A DNA stretch of 62,085 nucleotides, the filler included. It is 7 parts of 7 records of this genome, joined end to end, with 100 filler letters (N's around TTAATTAATTAA, not from the genome) between each part and the next. Parts side by side here need not be neighbours in the genome. Positions count along the whole stretch, not along the records: positions 1 to 9,040 come from SRR31156797_9505; positions 9,141 to 14,163 come from SRR31156797_9516; 5 more parts are not named here. One strand, 5' to 3'. The notes beneath the pieces are model-generated. The model was given only the letters and a program-made list of their open reading frames with translations. It was not told the origin of the DNA and ran no database searches. Position numbers and translations under genes: made by a program. Positions 1 through 10,331 of the stretch are shown piece by piece (the stretch's first letter is position 1; each line of letters starts with the position of its first letter).

Positions 1-1
1 T

Positions 2-580
2 GTAAATCTCATTTGTGAAAAAGGACCTGATTTCTTCAAAAAATATGGTACATCTAAATCAAGTGGTACTAAATTCTTTAGTATTTCAGGCGACTGCGAT
101 AATCAGGGAATTTATGAACTTCCATTTGGAACAACTATTAAAGAACTACTAAAAGCAGTTGAAGTCGATAATATCAAAGCAGTTCAAATTGGAGGAGCTG
201 CCGGTAGATGCATTCATAAGGATGACTTCGAAAATATTATTGCATATGAAGCCATACCAACAGGCGGTTCGATTATTCTATTTAACGAAAACAGAGATAT
301 GTTAAACGTTGCGCAAAATTTTATGGAATTTTTCATAGAGGAATCGTGTGGTCAATGTACTCCATGCAGAGAAGGAAATCTCAAATTATTAGAAGGAATC
401 CAATTACTTAAACAAGGTAAATGCTCCGTTGCTTATTTAGAAAAGTTAGTAAGTTTAGGTCGAACCATGCAAATAGCATCAAAATGCGGTCTTGGACAAT
501 CAAGTCCTAATGCATTTATCTCTATCATTGAGAATTTTAGAGATGAAATTCTCGGTCGACTTCCGAAAGGAGTTGATTAA
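2..580 (+). CDS. NADH-binding NuoF/HydB-like hydrogenase beta subunit, C-terminal part (5'-partial)
   Basis: Frame is open from base 2 (GTKFFSISGDC...GIYELPFG...VQIGGAAG) into ORF 299..580, with the NuoF 4Fe-4S motif ESCGQCTPCREG...SKCGLG. It lies directly upstream of the FeFe hydrogenase. Confidence 0.88.
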   Translation, partial: VNLICEKGPDFFKKYGTSKSSGTKFFSISGDCDNQGIYELPFGTTIKELLKAVEVDNIKAVQIGGAAGRCIHKDDFENIIAYEAIPTGGSIILFNENRDMLNVAQNFMEFFIEESCGQCTPCREGNLKLLEGIQLLKQGKCSVAYLEKLVSLGRTMQIASKCGLGQSSPNAFISIIENFRDEILGRLPKGVD

Positions 581-581
581 T

Positions 582-2486
582 ATGTCTGATACAAGAGCTC
601 CAAAAAGTGAAAGAATCAGAAATGCCTGTGAAGATGCAGATACAGCATGTTCATTAGAGTTAATAAAAGTAAAAATTGATGGAATAGAAATAGAGATAAA
701 CAAAAGTACTACTATACTAGAAGCCTGTAAAAAAGCGGGTATTAAGATACCGACACTGTGTTATCACAGTGATTTATGCGTTTCAGGTATTTGCAGAGTC
801 TGTCTCGTTGAGGTTGTCGGAATGAAAACCCTACAAGCATCATGTTCATTCTCAATATCCGAACCAATTGAAGTTATAACACATAGTGCTAAGATAAGAC
901 AAGCAAGAAGGGATATCCTTGATTTAATGTTATCAAGCCACAAAGGAGAATGCTATTCCTGCGTTAGAAATAACAACTGTGAATTACAAGCACTCGCAGC
1001 TGATTACGGAATAGTAAACTATCCATATGGTCATATTGAGCAATCAACTTTCGAAGAAGACAGCTCAAGTTTCTCAATAGTGAGAGACATGGATAAATGT
1101 ATCCTTTGTAGAAGATGTATCAGAAGTTGTGTTGATCTACAGGAAGTAGGGGTTTTCACAGCAGTTAACAAAGGAAATGATACAAAGATAAGTACATTTG
1201 GTGATAAAGCAATGAATGAGGTAATCTGTATAAACTGTGGTCAGTGCGTTAACAGATGCCCGACAGGTGCACTTCATGAAAAAGATGATAGTGAAAGTGT
1301 ATGGAGAGCAATAGAAGATCCAAATAAACATGTAGTTATCCAGACAGCCCCTGCTCCAAGAGCGGGAATAGGAGAAGAGTTTGGTCTGGAACCTGGTACA
1401 CCACTCACTCTTGAGATGAATACTGCACTAAGATATTGTGGTTTTGACAAAGTATTTGATACTTGTTTTACAGCTGATTTGACTATAATTGAAGAGGGAA
1501 CAGAGTTACTAGAGAGACTGCATAAAGCACTTGTACTGAAAGAGAAAGTTAGTCTGCCACAATTTACTTCATGTAGTCCGGGCTGGATAAAATATATCGA
1601 ACATTTCTCACCTGACATGCTGGAGAATTTATCAAGTGCAAAAAGTCCTCAGCAGATGTTCGGTTCCGTAATTAAAACTTATTATGCAGAACTAAATGCT
1701 GTTGATCCAAAAGATGTCGTAACTGTTGCTCTTATGCCTTGTACAGCGAAAAAATTTGAGGCAAACAGGCCTGAAATGAACTCTTCCGGTTATCAGGATG
1801 TCGATTACGGTTTAACAACCAGAGAATTAGCCAGAATGTTTAAAGAGACTGGTATATCACTACCGGATATACCTAAATCAGAATTTGACGATCCATTCTT
1901 TGGTGGAAGCGGATCAGGTATTATCTTTGGAGCAACCGGTGGAGTTATGGAATCTGCTATCAGAACTCTATATGATCTTGTAACTGGTGAAGAGATTGAA
2001 TCAGTTTTTGAAAAAGGTAATATTGAAGTGGTTAGAGGATTTGAAGAAGTTAAATATGCAGAACTTACAATTGATAAAGTAACAGATGTACCTGATCTAC
2101 TTAAGTCAAAAGTTGATTCTTTTGATTTCTTAAAAGGAGTTACACTTAAAGTTGCAGTATGTCATGGTACAGCAAATGCGAAAAAAGTATTACAGAATAT
2201 TAAAGAGGGCGGGAAATTTAGTGAATGTCATTTTATTGAATTTATGGCATGTCCCGGAGGATGTTTAGGTGGAGGAGGTCAGCCTATTCCAACTAATAAA
2301 GAGATTCGAACTAAAAGAGCAAATGCAATATATGCAGAGGATATTAATGCTAAAATCAGAAAGTCTTATGAAAATCCAGCTGTAAGCAGACTATATCAAG
2401 AATTTCTCAAAGAAGGCCCTTGTGGTAAAACAAGTCATAAATACCTACATACTAAATATACTAAACGGGGTAATAAAATGGAATAA
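582..2486 (+). CDS. hydA: [FeFe]-hydrogenase group A catalytic subunit (2Fe-2S, His-ligated 4Fe-4S, 2x4Fe-4S, H-cluster)
   Basis: H-cluster motifs TSCSPGW, MPCTAKKFE and EFMACPGGCLGGGGQP. FeS motifs include HKGECYSC, CILCRRC and CINCGQC. Start set at ATG 582, behind the RBS AAGGAG at 567-572. Confidence 0.95.
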   Translation: MSDTRAPKSERIRNACEDADTACSLELIKVKIDGIEIEINKSTTILEACKKAGIKIPTLCYHSDLCVSGICRVCLVEVVGMKTLQASCSFSISEPIEVITHSAKIRQARRDILDLMLSSHKGECYSCVRNNNCELQALAADYGIVNYPYGHIEQSTFEEDSSSFSIVRDMDKCILCRRCIRSCVDLQEVGVFTAVNKGNDTKISTFGDKAMNEVICINCGQCVNRCPTGALHEKDDSESVWRAIEDPNKHVVIQTAPAPRAGIGEEFGLEPGTPLTLEMNTALRYCGFDKVFDTCFTADLTIIEEGTELLERLHKALVLKEKVSLPQFTSCSPGWIKYIEHFSPDMLENLSSAKSPQQMFGSVIKTYYAELNAVDPKDVVTVALMPCTAKKFEANRPEMNSSGYQDVDYGLTTRELARMFKETGISLPDIPKSEFDDPFFGGSGSGIIFGATGGVMESAIRTLYDLVTGEEIESVFEKGNIEVVRGFEEVKYAELTIDKVTDVPDLLKSKVDSFDFLKGVTLKVAVCHGTANAKKVLQNIKEGGKFSECHFIEFMACPGGCLGGGGQPIPTNKEIRTKRANAIYAEDINAKIRKSYENPAVSRLYQEFLKEGPCGKTSHKYLHTKYTKRGNKME

Positions 2487-2514
2487 AGAACTTTGCATAA
2501 TTAATTTTTTAAAT

Positions 2515-2550
2515 AAAAAGGCTTTGAATCAACGTTCAAAGCCTTTTTTT
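2515..2550. terminator. bidirectional intrinsic terminator
   Basis: AAAAAGGCTTTGAA-tcaacg-TTCAAAGCCTTTTTTT between convergent genes. Confidence 0.85.
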
Positions 2551-2555
2551 ATTAT

Positions 2556-3356
2556 TTATTTTTTCTTTAATTTAACATATTCATCATATTTTGTTTCAAG
2601 TTTTGCGATTTGATCACCATTAAATTTATGATCTTTCAGCGATTTAAAATCAAAATTTTCTAAATCAGAAATATAATTCAAATCATTATTTTGACAATAT
2701 CTTACAAATGATCTATATCTAAAGAATGTTTTTGACAATAAATCTCCATGCTGTAGATAAAGCACTGTTGATTCATCAAAATTCTTATTTAAATAATCTT
2801 TATATCTAGATTCAGCATTTTCAATTTTTGTTTTTGTTAATTTTAGTGTAGAAAAATCAAGCATTTTAAGGTCTTCAACATAAGTAAGTCTTTTTTGCTC
2901 ACACGCTTTTTTGAAAGATTCAAATTTTCTTTCACTAAAATAGTCAACTATAGTTAATTTATAGTTTATCTGCAGTTCCTCTAAAGAAGTATAAACAGGT
3001 GTTATCGGTGCTGATGAACTAAGTAAGTTATTCTGTATCTTGAGCTTATCTATATCCTCTAGTAAACCCTTAATACGAATATCTCTAGCCTTAATCTCTT
3101 CACCAAGTTTCTCTAGTAAAGTTGTATCAAGTTTTGTGCCATTCTCACTTGATTTCATTACTTCAGTAGCCTCTTTTTTTGCTACATCCAGTTCATAGTA
3201 CATTTTATTAAGCTTATGATTTTTTTCGTGAATGACTTGATTAAGTTCTCTAACTTCAAGCTTTAGTTCTTCTATCTCTTGAATGTAAAAATCTTCATCA
3301 AAGCCTCCACCTAATATGTTTTGAAAATATTTAATTAAACGACCCAAAGTACACAC
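2556..3356 (-). CDS. hypothetical protein: coiled coil plus two C-terminal helical repeats
   Basis: 266-aa ORF. AGGAG at 3356-3360 (minus strand) suggests the true start is the TTG about 3 codons in. Heptad-rich N-half. Confidence 0.75.
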   Translation of the reverse strand: MCTLGRLIKYFQNILGGGFDEDFYIQEIEELKLEVRELNQVIHEKNHKLNKMYYELDVAKKEATEVMKSSENGTKLDTTLLEKLGEEIKARDIRIKGLLEDIDKLKIQNNLLSSSAPITPVYTSLEELQINYKLTIVDYFSERKFESFKKACEQKRLTYVEDLKMLDFSTLKLTKTKIENAESRYKDYLNKNFDESTVLYLQHGDLLSKTFFRYRSFVRYCQNNDLNYISDLENFDFKSLKDHKFNGDQIAKLETKYDEYVKLKKK

Positions 3357-3783
3357 TCCTTAAATATTTTATTTCACTGCCAAACAAATAACCGCTTCCT
3401 TATCAACAAAAAACTCAAAAAAATAATTTATACTGTCATTATACATTATTTTTCATTTTTTTTCAAAAGAAAAAAAAAGATTCTACATCTTCTGAAATAC
3501 AATAAAATTAGGTATGCGTTTGAACTGCATCATTCTTTTCTTAATCTTTTCGAAAACAATACAGTCAGTATCTATTCTATTTGCGCTTCTCTAATTTTCA
3601 GTCGACTTTCTTAAACATTTTTTATTTACTTTTTTAGTATTGTTCTATAAAAAATTTACTTTTAACAAAATAATAAAAAGGAAATTTTAAAGTTTTGTCA
3701 TATACCATTTACAGATAATGATGTGTGAGAACCGCTACATAATTCTAATTTAGTAATTTAGTATTAATGAAAGGGGGATTAAA

Positions 3784-4254
3784 ATGGTTGAGGCAAAAGA
3801 GGGAAAATATTTAACTTTTTCTCTGGGAAGTGAAAATTATGGAATTCCACTTGAAACTGTAAAAGAAATAATTGCTATGCTTCCCATTACAGAAGTTCCT
3901 AAAACACCACCATTTATAAAAGGGGTAATTAATTTAAGAGGGAAAATTATACCTATAATGGATTTAAGGTTAAAATTAGGTTTGCTTGAAAAAGAGTACA
4001 ATGAAAGAACATGCATAATAGTAGTTGATATCAATACCGCTGAGATTAAAAAGCAAATGGGAATTGCTGTAGATGTAGTAGCTGAAGTGATTGATATCAA
4101 GCAGGAAAGTATACAGAAAGTAAAAAAAGAAGATATTCAAGTCGACGGGGAATATATAACCGGTATGGGTAAAATCAAGGAAAAAGTAATAATGTTGCTT
4201 GATGTCGAAGCTATTCTAAATAAAGAAGAGCTCGAAAAGATCATTAATATCTAA
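3784..4254 (+). CDS. cheW: chemotaxis adaptor CheW
   Basis: YLTFSLG..YGI, ITEVPKTPPFIKGVINLRGKIIPIMDLR. Confidence 0.95.
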   Translation: MVEAKEGKYLTFSLGSENYGIPLETVKEIIAMLPITEVPKTPPFIKGVINLRGKIIPIMDLRLKLGLLEKEYNERTCIIVVDINTAEIKKQMGIAVDVVAEVIDIKQESIQKVKKEDIQVDGEYITGMGKIKEKVIMLLDVEAILNKEELEKIINI

Positions 4255-4267
4255 AGGGGGATTTAGA

Positions 4268-6235
4268 ATGTTTAGAAATTTAAGATTAAGCACAAAAATA
4301 TCAATGGGGTTTATTTTAATATTAGCAATTACAATCACTCTTAGCTCTGTCAGCATTTTCAACATGGGTAATTCATCAAAAGTAGCTAAAATACTTGATA
4401 AAGAATATGTGCCTGAAGTAAAAATTGCTACAAATCTTCGTGGCGCAGCAAACAGAGTAATGTATGCAATGAGAGGTTACGGCTATAGCGAAGAGGAAGT
4501 TTACCTACAGGACGCTATGAAAGAGATTGAAAATATAAATACTATAATAGCTGAAGGAAGAGAGCTTGAAAAGACTGCATTAAATCTTAAAAAACTTAAA
4601 ACAGAACTGGATCAGTCAGAAAAAGCTAAAAACGAGTATCTGCTTTTAGTTGAAGATACTATCAAAACAAATAAAGATTTAACAGAGGAAAGAAAAAGTA
4701 TGGATGTAGCTGCTGCTAATTTTATAAGCAGTACTAATGAATATATAAAATCTCAAGAAATCAAACAGGCTGCTGCTATTAAAGCACGTAGAACTACAGA
4801 AGTGACTCAGAGAGTTTTAAAAATAAAACTAATGAATGATATTATCGATCTGGGAAATGACGTAAGAATTAAAAATTTCAAATCACAGGCAACAAGAGAT
4901 CCCGAATTAATGAAAAGTGCATTTGCTAATTTTGAAGCTATGGACAATAATTTAGTTGAATTAAGAAAAATAACATCGAAACAAGTTGATATTGATTCTT
5001 TGAACGCTCTGCAAGAAAACGCCCACGCATATAGAGATGATATGAATCATTTCTTAGCAACTTGGATGCATAGAGAGCAACTGGGTGTAAAAAGAAATGA
5101 TGCAGGAAAATCTATGATTAACGCAACAATAGCAATGGCTGATGCAGGTATTAGCAATACGGAGAGAATATCTAAAGCTACATCACAATCATTAACAAGA
5201 ACTTCTCTTATTATGGGTATTGGTACTGTTATAATTCTAATTTTAGGAGTGATCATATCAATAATTATAGTAAAATCGATCACTAAACCTATTATAAGAG
5301 TAGTAGAAGAGCTTGGTAATGGTTCTGAGCAAGTATTTAATGCATCAGAGCAGTTATCTATGGCAAGTCAGGAGTTAGCTGAAGGAAGTTCGGAACAAGC
5401 TTCATCTATTGAAGAGACTTCATCAACTCTGGATGAAACTTCATCAATGGTTGCACAGAACACTGAAAATACTAAACAAGCTGCTTTGTTATCTCTTAAT
5501 GCAAAAGATGCAGCTGAAAAAGGAAATGAAGAGATGACTGAAATGGCTGAAGCAATGGACGAAATCAAAAGCTCAAGTGATGAAATTTCTAAAATCATCA
5601 AAGTCATCGATGATATTGCTTTCCAAACAAATATATTAGCGCTAAATGCAGCTGTTGAAGCAGCCAGAGCAGGAGAAGCGGGAATGGGCTTTGCTGTAGT
5701 TGCCGAAGAGGTACGTAATCTGGCTCAAAGAAGTGCTCAGGCAGCAAAAGACACATCTGCCATGATAGAGAAAAGTATGCTGAGAGCTGACAGAGGTGTG
5801 GATATAGCTAAAAGAGTAGCTAAAGCACTAAATGAAATAAGAAGTCAATCTGAAAAAGTTAATGAAATAATGGATGAGATAACTACTGCCAGTCAGGAAC
5901 AATCACAAGGAGTCGTTCAAATTACCAAAGCTGTATCTCAAATGGAGCAGGTTACTCAAAGTATCGCTTCAAACGCCGAAGAAAGTGCTGCATCATCTGA
6001 AGAATTAAGTTCTCAATCTGAAAATATGAAACAGATTGTAGGTCAGTTAACAGCTATGATATATGGTAATGATAACCATACTAAACACCAGGTATCACAT
6101 AGCAGTCCGGAATTAAAAACTGTCTCTAACAGAAGAGCATCACGAAAACTTCAAACTGCCGGTGGAGGTTCAAAGCATGTTGTTGTTAAACCGGAAGACA
6201 TCATCCCATTAGAAGAGGATTCTTTGGATTTCTAA
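4268..6235 (+). CDS. methyl-accepting chemotaxis protein
   Basis: Two TM helices flank a large helical sensor domain. Signalling tip [40 protein letters not shown]. Confidence 0.95.
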   Translation: MFRNLRLSTKISMGFILILAITITLSSVSIFNMGNSSKVAKILDKEYVPEVKIATNLRGAANRVMYAMRGYGYSEEEVYLQDAMKEIENINTIIAEGRELEKTALNLKKLKTELDQSEKAKNEYLLLVEDTIKTNKDLTEERKSMDVAAANFISSTNEYIKSQEIKQAAAIKARRTTEVTQRVLKIKLMNDIIDLGNDVRIKNFKSQATRDPELMKSAFANFEAMDNNLVELRKITSKQVDIDSLNALQENAHAYRDDMNHFLATWMHREQLGVKRNDAGKSMINATIAMADAGISNTERISKATSQSLTRTSLIMGIGTVIILILGVIISIIIVKSITKPIIRVVEELGNGSEQVFNASEQLSMASQELAEGSSEQASSIEETSSTLDETSSMVAQNTENTKQAALLSLNAKDAAEKGNEEMTEMAEAMDEIKSSSDEISKIIKVIDDIAFQTNILALNAAVEAARAGEAGMGFAVVAEEVRNLAQRSAQAAKDTSAMIEKSMLRADRGVDIAKRVAKALNEIRSQSEKVNEIMDEITTASQEQSQGVVQITKAVSQMEQVTQSIASNAEESAASSEELSSQSENMKQIVGQLTAMIYGNDNHTKHQVSHSSPELKTVSNRRASRKLQTAGGGSKHVVVKPEDIIPLEEDSLDF

Positions 6236-6270
6236 AGGATCAACTTTCTAAATAGAGACGGGGTGAAATA

Positions 6271-7080
6271 ATGACTAAAGAAGAGTTCTATATTTGTCAT
6301 GAATTTATTTCTCAAAACTTTGGTATAAGTATGAATTTATCTAAGAAACATATTCTCGATATAAAAGTATCAAAATTAATGAAACTACACGGCGCAAATA
6401 CAATTCGAGAATATTTAAAAATGCTAAGTCATAAAAATAATAGATTAATGACTATAGAGTTTCTTGATGAAATTACTGTAAATAAAACTAATTTTTTTAG
6501 AGAAATGAATCATTTCAATTATATTAAAAAGAAAATTGAAACCATGCTTAAAGAGAATAAAAGAATAATGCTTAACAAAGAGATCCGTGTATGGAGTTCC
6601 GCGTGTTCAACAGGTGAAGAGCCATATACACTTGCAATGATCCTTAGAGAGATCCTTCCTCCAGAAATTAATATAAAAATCTTAGCCACAGATATTAGTC
6701 ATGATGTGCTAAAAAAAGCTATTAAAGGAGAGTATCGGGGAACTATCGCAGCAGAAGTTCCTCCATATTACCTCCAGGAGTATTTCAAAAAAAATAACAA
6801 AACTAAACACTCATATGTAATATCAGATGAGATAAAAAAAATGGTTACTTTCAGAGCTTTTAACTTAAAAGAACACTTTATATTTAAAAATAGCTTCGAT
6901 ATAATTTTTTGTAGAAATGTAATGATCTATTTTGATCTTGAGTTTCAAGAGAAACTTATAAGCAAGTTTCATCATGTTACTCACAAAGGCGGATATCTCT
7001 TTATAGGGCACTCTGAAAGTTTAAGTCAGGTTAAGCATCATTATACATATGTTCAACCGACTATTTATGCTAAAAGATAA
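6271..7080 (+). CDS. cheR: chemotaxis methyltransferase CheR
   Basis: TNFFRE, WSSACSTGEEPYTLAM, FCRNVMIYFD, GHSES. Confidence 0.95.
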   Translation: MTKEEFYICHEFISQNFGISMNLSKKHILDIKVSKLMKLHGANTIREYLKMLSHKNNRLMTIEFLDEITVNKTNFFREMNHFNYIKKKIETMLKENKRIMLNKEIRVWSSACSTGEEPYTLAMILREILPPEINIKILATDISHDVLKKAIKGEYRGTIAAEVPPYYLQEYFKKNNKTKHSYVISDEIKKMVTFRAFNLKEHFIFKNSFDIIFCRNVMIYFDLEFQEKLISKFHHVTHKGGYLFIGHSESLSQVKHHYTYVQPTIYAKR

Positions 7081-7107
7081 ATAGCATTTTGAGAAACAGG
7101 TGGTTTT

Positions 7108-7557
7108 ATGGAAGTACAAAAATATTTTCTATACCCCGGCTACATTTTTTTTAGCGAGGATCATTATCAAATTGAAACAATCCTCGGTTCATGTGTTTCT
7201 GTATGCTTGTGGGATAAAGTCAAAAAGTTCGGAGGAATGAATCACTATATCTATGCTTCATATAGAGAAGATGAGAAAAAAAGTATCAGTGGTTCTATCG
7301 CTATCCCTCATTTAATTAATATCATGCTGAAACACGGCTCTCAAATTAAAAATATGGAAGCATACGTTGTAGGTGGGGCAAAAAATTCCCATCTTCAACC
7401 TACTGTGGGAAATGAAAATATCATGCTCGCAAAAAAGATACTGGAAGAAAAAAACATCAAAATTGCACAATTAGATCAAGGCGGGGAAAAAGGAAGAAAA
7501 ATAATATTTGATAACTATACAGGAAAATTAATGATTCATTTTGTAAAAACTATATAG
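7108..7557 (+). CDS. cheD: chemoreceptor glutamine deamidase CheD
   Basis: TILGSCVSVCLWD...GGMNHY, VGGA, VGNEN, DQGGEKGRKI. Confidence 0.9.
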   Translation: MEVQKYFLYPGYIFFSEDHYQIETILGSCVSVCLWDKVKKFGGMNHYIYASYREDEKKSISGSIAIPHLINIMLKHGSQIKNMEAYVVGGAKNSHLQPTVGNENIMLAKKILEEKNIKIAQLDQGGEKGRKIIFDNYTGKLMIHFVKTI

Positions 7558-7669
7558 AAAAGGGCTTCGTCTTCAAAACAACATCAAAATAGGCGAAACC
7601 TTTAAAGCCTATTAGTATATTTTTTACTTTCCCAATATAAATAAAAAATTTAAAGAAGTTCGAAACGAG

Positions 7670-8749
7670 ATGAGCAATATGATTAAAAAAAAGATAAATG
7701 TAATAATCATAGATGATGATTTGATGACAAGAAAAGTTCTTGCCTTTGAAATAAATAAAGATCCGGCAATAAAAGTCGTTGCAACAGCTGAAGATGCTTA
7801 TTCAGGTAGGGACAAGATTGTATATTACAATCCGGATGTTGCAGTAATCGATATTCAAATGCCGAAAATCAGTGGATTAAAACTGCTTAAACAACTCATG
7901 AAGCATAAACCGATACCTGTAATTATTATGAGTTCATTTAATAATTGCGACAGAGGTGAATTAGCTCTTAAAGCAATGGAGCTGGGTGCAGTTGAGGTTA
8001 TAGCTAAACCTGACAAAACTTATCCTATTCATGATATGAAAGAACAGCTTATTGAAAAAATTAAAGCTGTTTCATTAGTTAAAACCAAAAAGAAATTAAG
8101 CTTTAACACTGTACCTCAAAATATCCTTTTACCGGCTGAAAATATTAGACACGATAAGGTCATTGCAATTGGTGCATCAACCGGTGGCACTATTGCAATC
8201 AAAGAGGTTTTACAGCGGCTTCCTGCTAATATGCCTCCTATTGTCATAGTACAGCACATGCCTGAGGATTTTACTCAATCATTTGCTATGCATTTGAATG
8301 AAATATGTGCTCTAAATGTAGTAGAAGCAAAAGATAATGAAACCTTAAAACCTGGCAAAGCCTTACTAGCACCAGGGAATAAGCATATGATTATCAAAAG
8401 AATTGGTGGTGAGTATAGAGTACAATTAAAAGACGGTCCTTTGGTTCATTTCCAAAGACCTGCTGTGGAGCTTCTGTTTAACTCTATGGCAAAAGTTGTA
8501 AAAAATAGAGCCATTGGGGTTATTCTCACCGGAATGGGAAAAGATGGAGCAGAGGGATTACTTAAAATGAAAAATTCCGGAGCGTATACCATAGGACAGG
8601 ATGAAAAAAGTAGTACTGTATATGGGATGCCAAAGGAAGCCTACAAACTAGGTGCTGTAACAAAGCAACTTTCACTAAATAAAATACCTGAATTTTTAGT
8701 TTATTTATCTAAGCAAAGTAACAGAATAAAAAGAAGTAAATTGATTTAA
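7670..8749 (+). CDS. cheB: chemotaxis response regulator methylesterase CheB
   Basis: REC domain (DIQMP) plus the methylesterase motifs GASTGG, VQHMP and LTGMGKDGA. Confidence 0.95.
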   Translation: MSNMIKKKINVIIIDDDLMTRKVLAFEINKDPAIKVVATAEDAYSGRDKIVYYNPDVAVIDIQMPKISGLKLLKQLMKHKPIPVIIMSSFNNCDRGELALKAMELGAVEVIAKPDKTYPIHDMKEQLIEKIKAVSLVKTKKKLSFNTVPQNILLPAENIRHDKVIAIGASTGGTIAIKEVLQRLPANMPPIVIVQHMPEDFTQSFAMHLNEICALNVVEAKDNETLKPGKALLAPGNKHMIIKRIGGEYRVQLKDGPLVHFQRPAVELLFNSMAKVVKNRAIGVILTGMGKDGAEGLLKMKNSGAYTIGQDEKSSTVYGMPKEAYKLGAVTKQLSLNKIPEFLVYLSKQSNRIKRSKLI

Positions 8750-8795
8750 AGCTTCACATAATGATAATTTTCGTGGGGAAAAGGGGGGCTATATT

Positions 8796-9040
8796 ATGGA
8801 TATGGATATGTCCGAATATTTAGACGAGTTCGTCAAAGAGTTACATCAATTACTTGACACTTTTGAAATTGATCTGGAAAAAATCAGTACAGGAAAAGAA
8901 GATAAGGATATTATAGATGAAATCTTTCGTGCTGCTCATTCTATAAAAGGAATGTCAGCAGCTATGGAGTTTAAGAATATGGAAACTTTAACTCATAGAA
9001 TGGAAGATTTATTAGATAAAATAAGAAATCATGAACAGAA
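8796..9040 (+). CDS. cheA: CheA histidine kinase, N-terminal HPt domain (3'-partial)
   Basis: IFRAAHSIKGMS HPt motif; follows cheB; cut by the contig end. Confidence 0.85.
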
Positions 9041-9140
9041 NNNNNNNNNNNNNNNNNNNNNNNNNNNNNNNNNNNNNNNNNNNNTTAATTAATTAANNNN
9101 NNNNNNNNNNNNNNNNNNNNNNNNNNNNNNNNNNNNNNNN
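9041..9140. other. artificial contig linker
   Basis: 44 N + TTAATTAATTAA (stops in all six frames) + 44 N. Confidence 0.99.
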
Positions 9141-9219
9141 CAACTCCAGCGGAGTTGCATATTATTTAATAGTTCTGAATAACGGGACGGTATGATTCTA
9201 AATATAAATTTATGATAGT

Positions 9220-10326
9220 TTAGCCAGCCGTAATCATTTCTTCTATGCATTTGTAAAGCTTATCTCCATCACTAGGAAAGGGAGCATGAGATTCTATAAT
9301 TTGCCCCTTCTTATCAATAATAATAAAGTTAGGAAAAGACATGATTTCTATTGTTTCTTTTAAACAAGCTTTTAAACGATCATTAGCCACAAAGTGATAT
9401 CCTTTTAAATCATAGGCTTTCATAATACTTTCCCATAACTGTCTGTTTTCAGTATATTCAAAAGCTATATAGATCATTTCCATGTTTGTTTCATTCATTA
9501 GCTTTTTAACCTTATCCATATATCTGAATTGATCCCTGCAAGGTATACACCATGTTCCCCAGCAATCAATAAGTAAAGCTTTTCCTTTAAACAGAGTTGT
9601 TAATTCTGTAAATGAGTTAATGGTATCGCCATTTAATATTTGACATCCTTTAGGTAAAGGATCATAGGCTAGTAGTTCATAATCCTCCACTTTGGGTAGG
9701 ATAACATCTTCCAGAAATTTTCCACCATAACTATCCCGCATTTCAGGATGTTCTTTCAAAAAATCCTTTGAAAGTTTTAGTGAATGGGAGGTAAAAGCTG
9801 CAGCATTACATATTTTTTGCATGAGCTGAAAGTGCTTATTTGCTTCTTCTGATAAAACTTCTCCTGATTTATCCATGATTGGAGCAAAGGCTTCATTACC
9901 TTTTCTTTTTATCGGTTTGTAAACTCCATTTTTATAATCTTCCATAAAAATGAGATACATCTCTGTGTAAAACATGAAATTTCCAAGCTTTTCCATGGCT
10001 ACACCTTCTACTGGGTACAATTCAAATATTTTGGGATATACCTGGCAAAGTTTATTTCGGATAATAGAATCTTGAATGCAGAAGTGCTGAGAAAAGAAGC
10101 TGCCTGTTATAGTGGAAGCCAATTGTTCAGCATACATGTATTCGATATTTAGTTTTGAAATGTCATAGAACTCCTTATCAATCAAATTTTGTTGTAAGAG
10201 TTGATCAAATACAGATACATGTTTGTTGATTTTAGCTTGCAAAGAATCTATTAAAAAATCAGGTTCCTGTAAATTCCAATCGTTTTCAAATAACCAACCA
10301 TGAATATCGTTGTGAATTTTATTGCG
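9220..10326 (-). pseudogene. TlpA/redoxin-family protein, 5'-truncated at the IS1380 boundary
   Basis: C-terminal thioredoxin fold LIDCWGTWCIPC...FPNFIIIDKKG. The frame stays open upstream of the called TTG to about 10326 (RNKIHNDIHGWLF...), then meets TAA and the IS left end. No signal peptide or true start is present. Confidence 0.7.
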
Positions 10327-10331
10327 TTAAA

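Noticed and set aside
7558-7615. c-di-GMP riboswitch between cheD and cheB
   Set aside because: Alternative hairpins are possible (AGGGCTTCGTCT/AGGCGAAACCTT; AATAGGC/GCCTATT), but I could not match the GEMM consensus. A covariance search would be needed.
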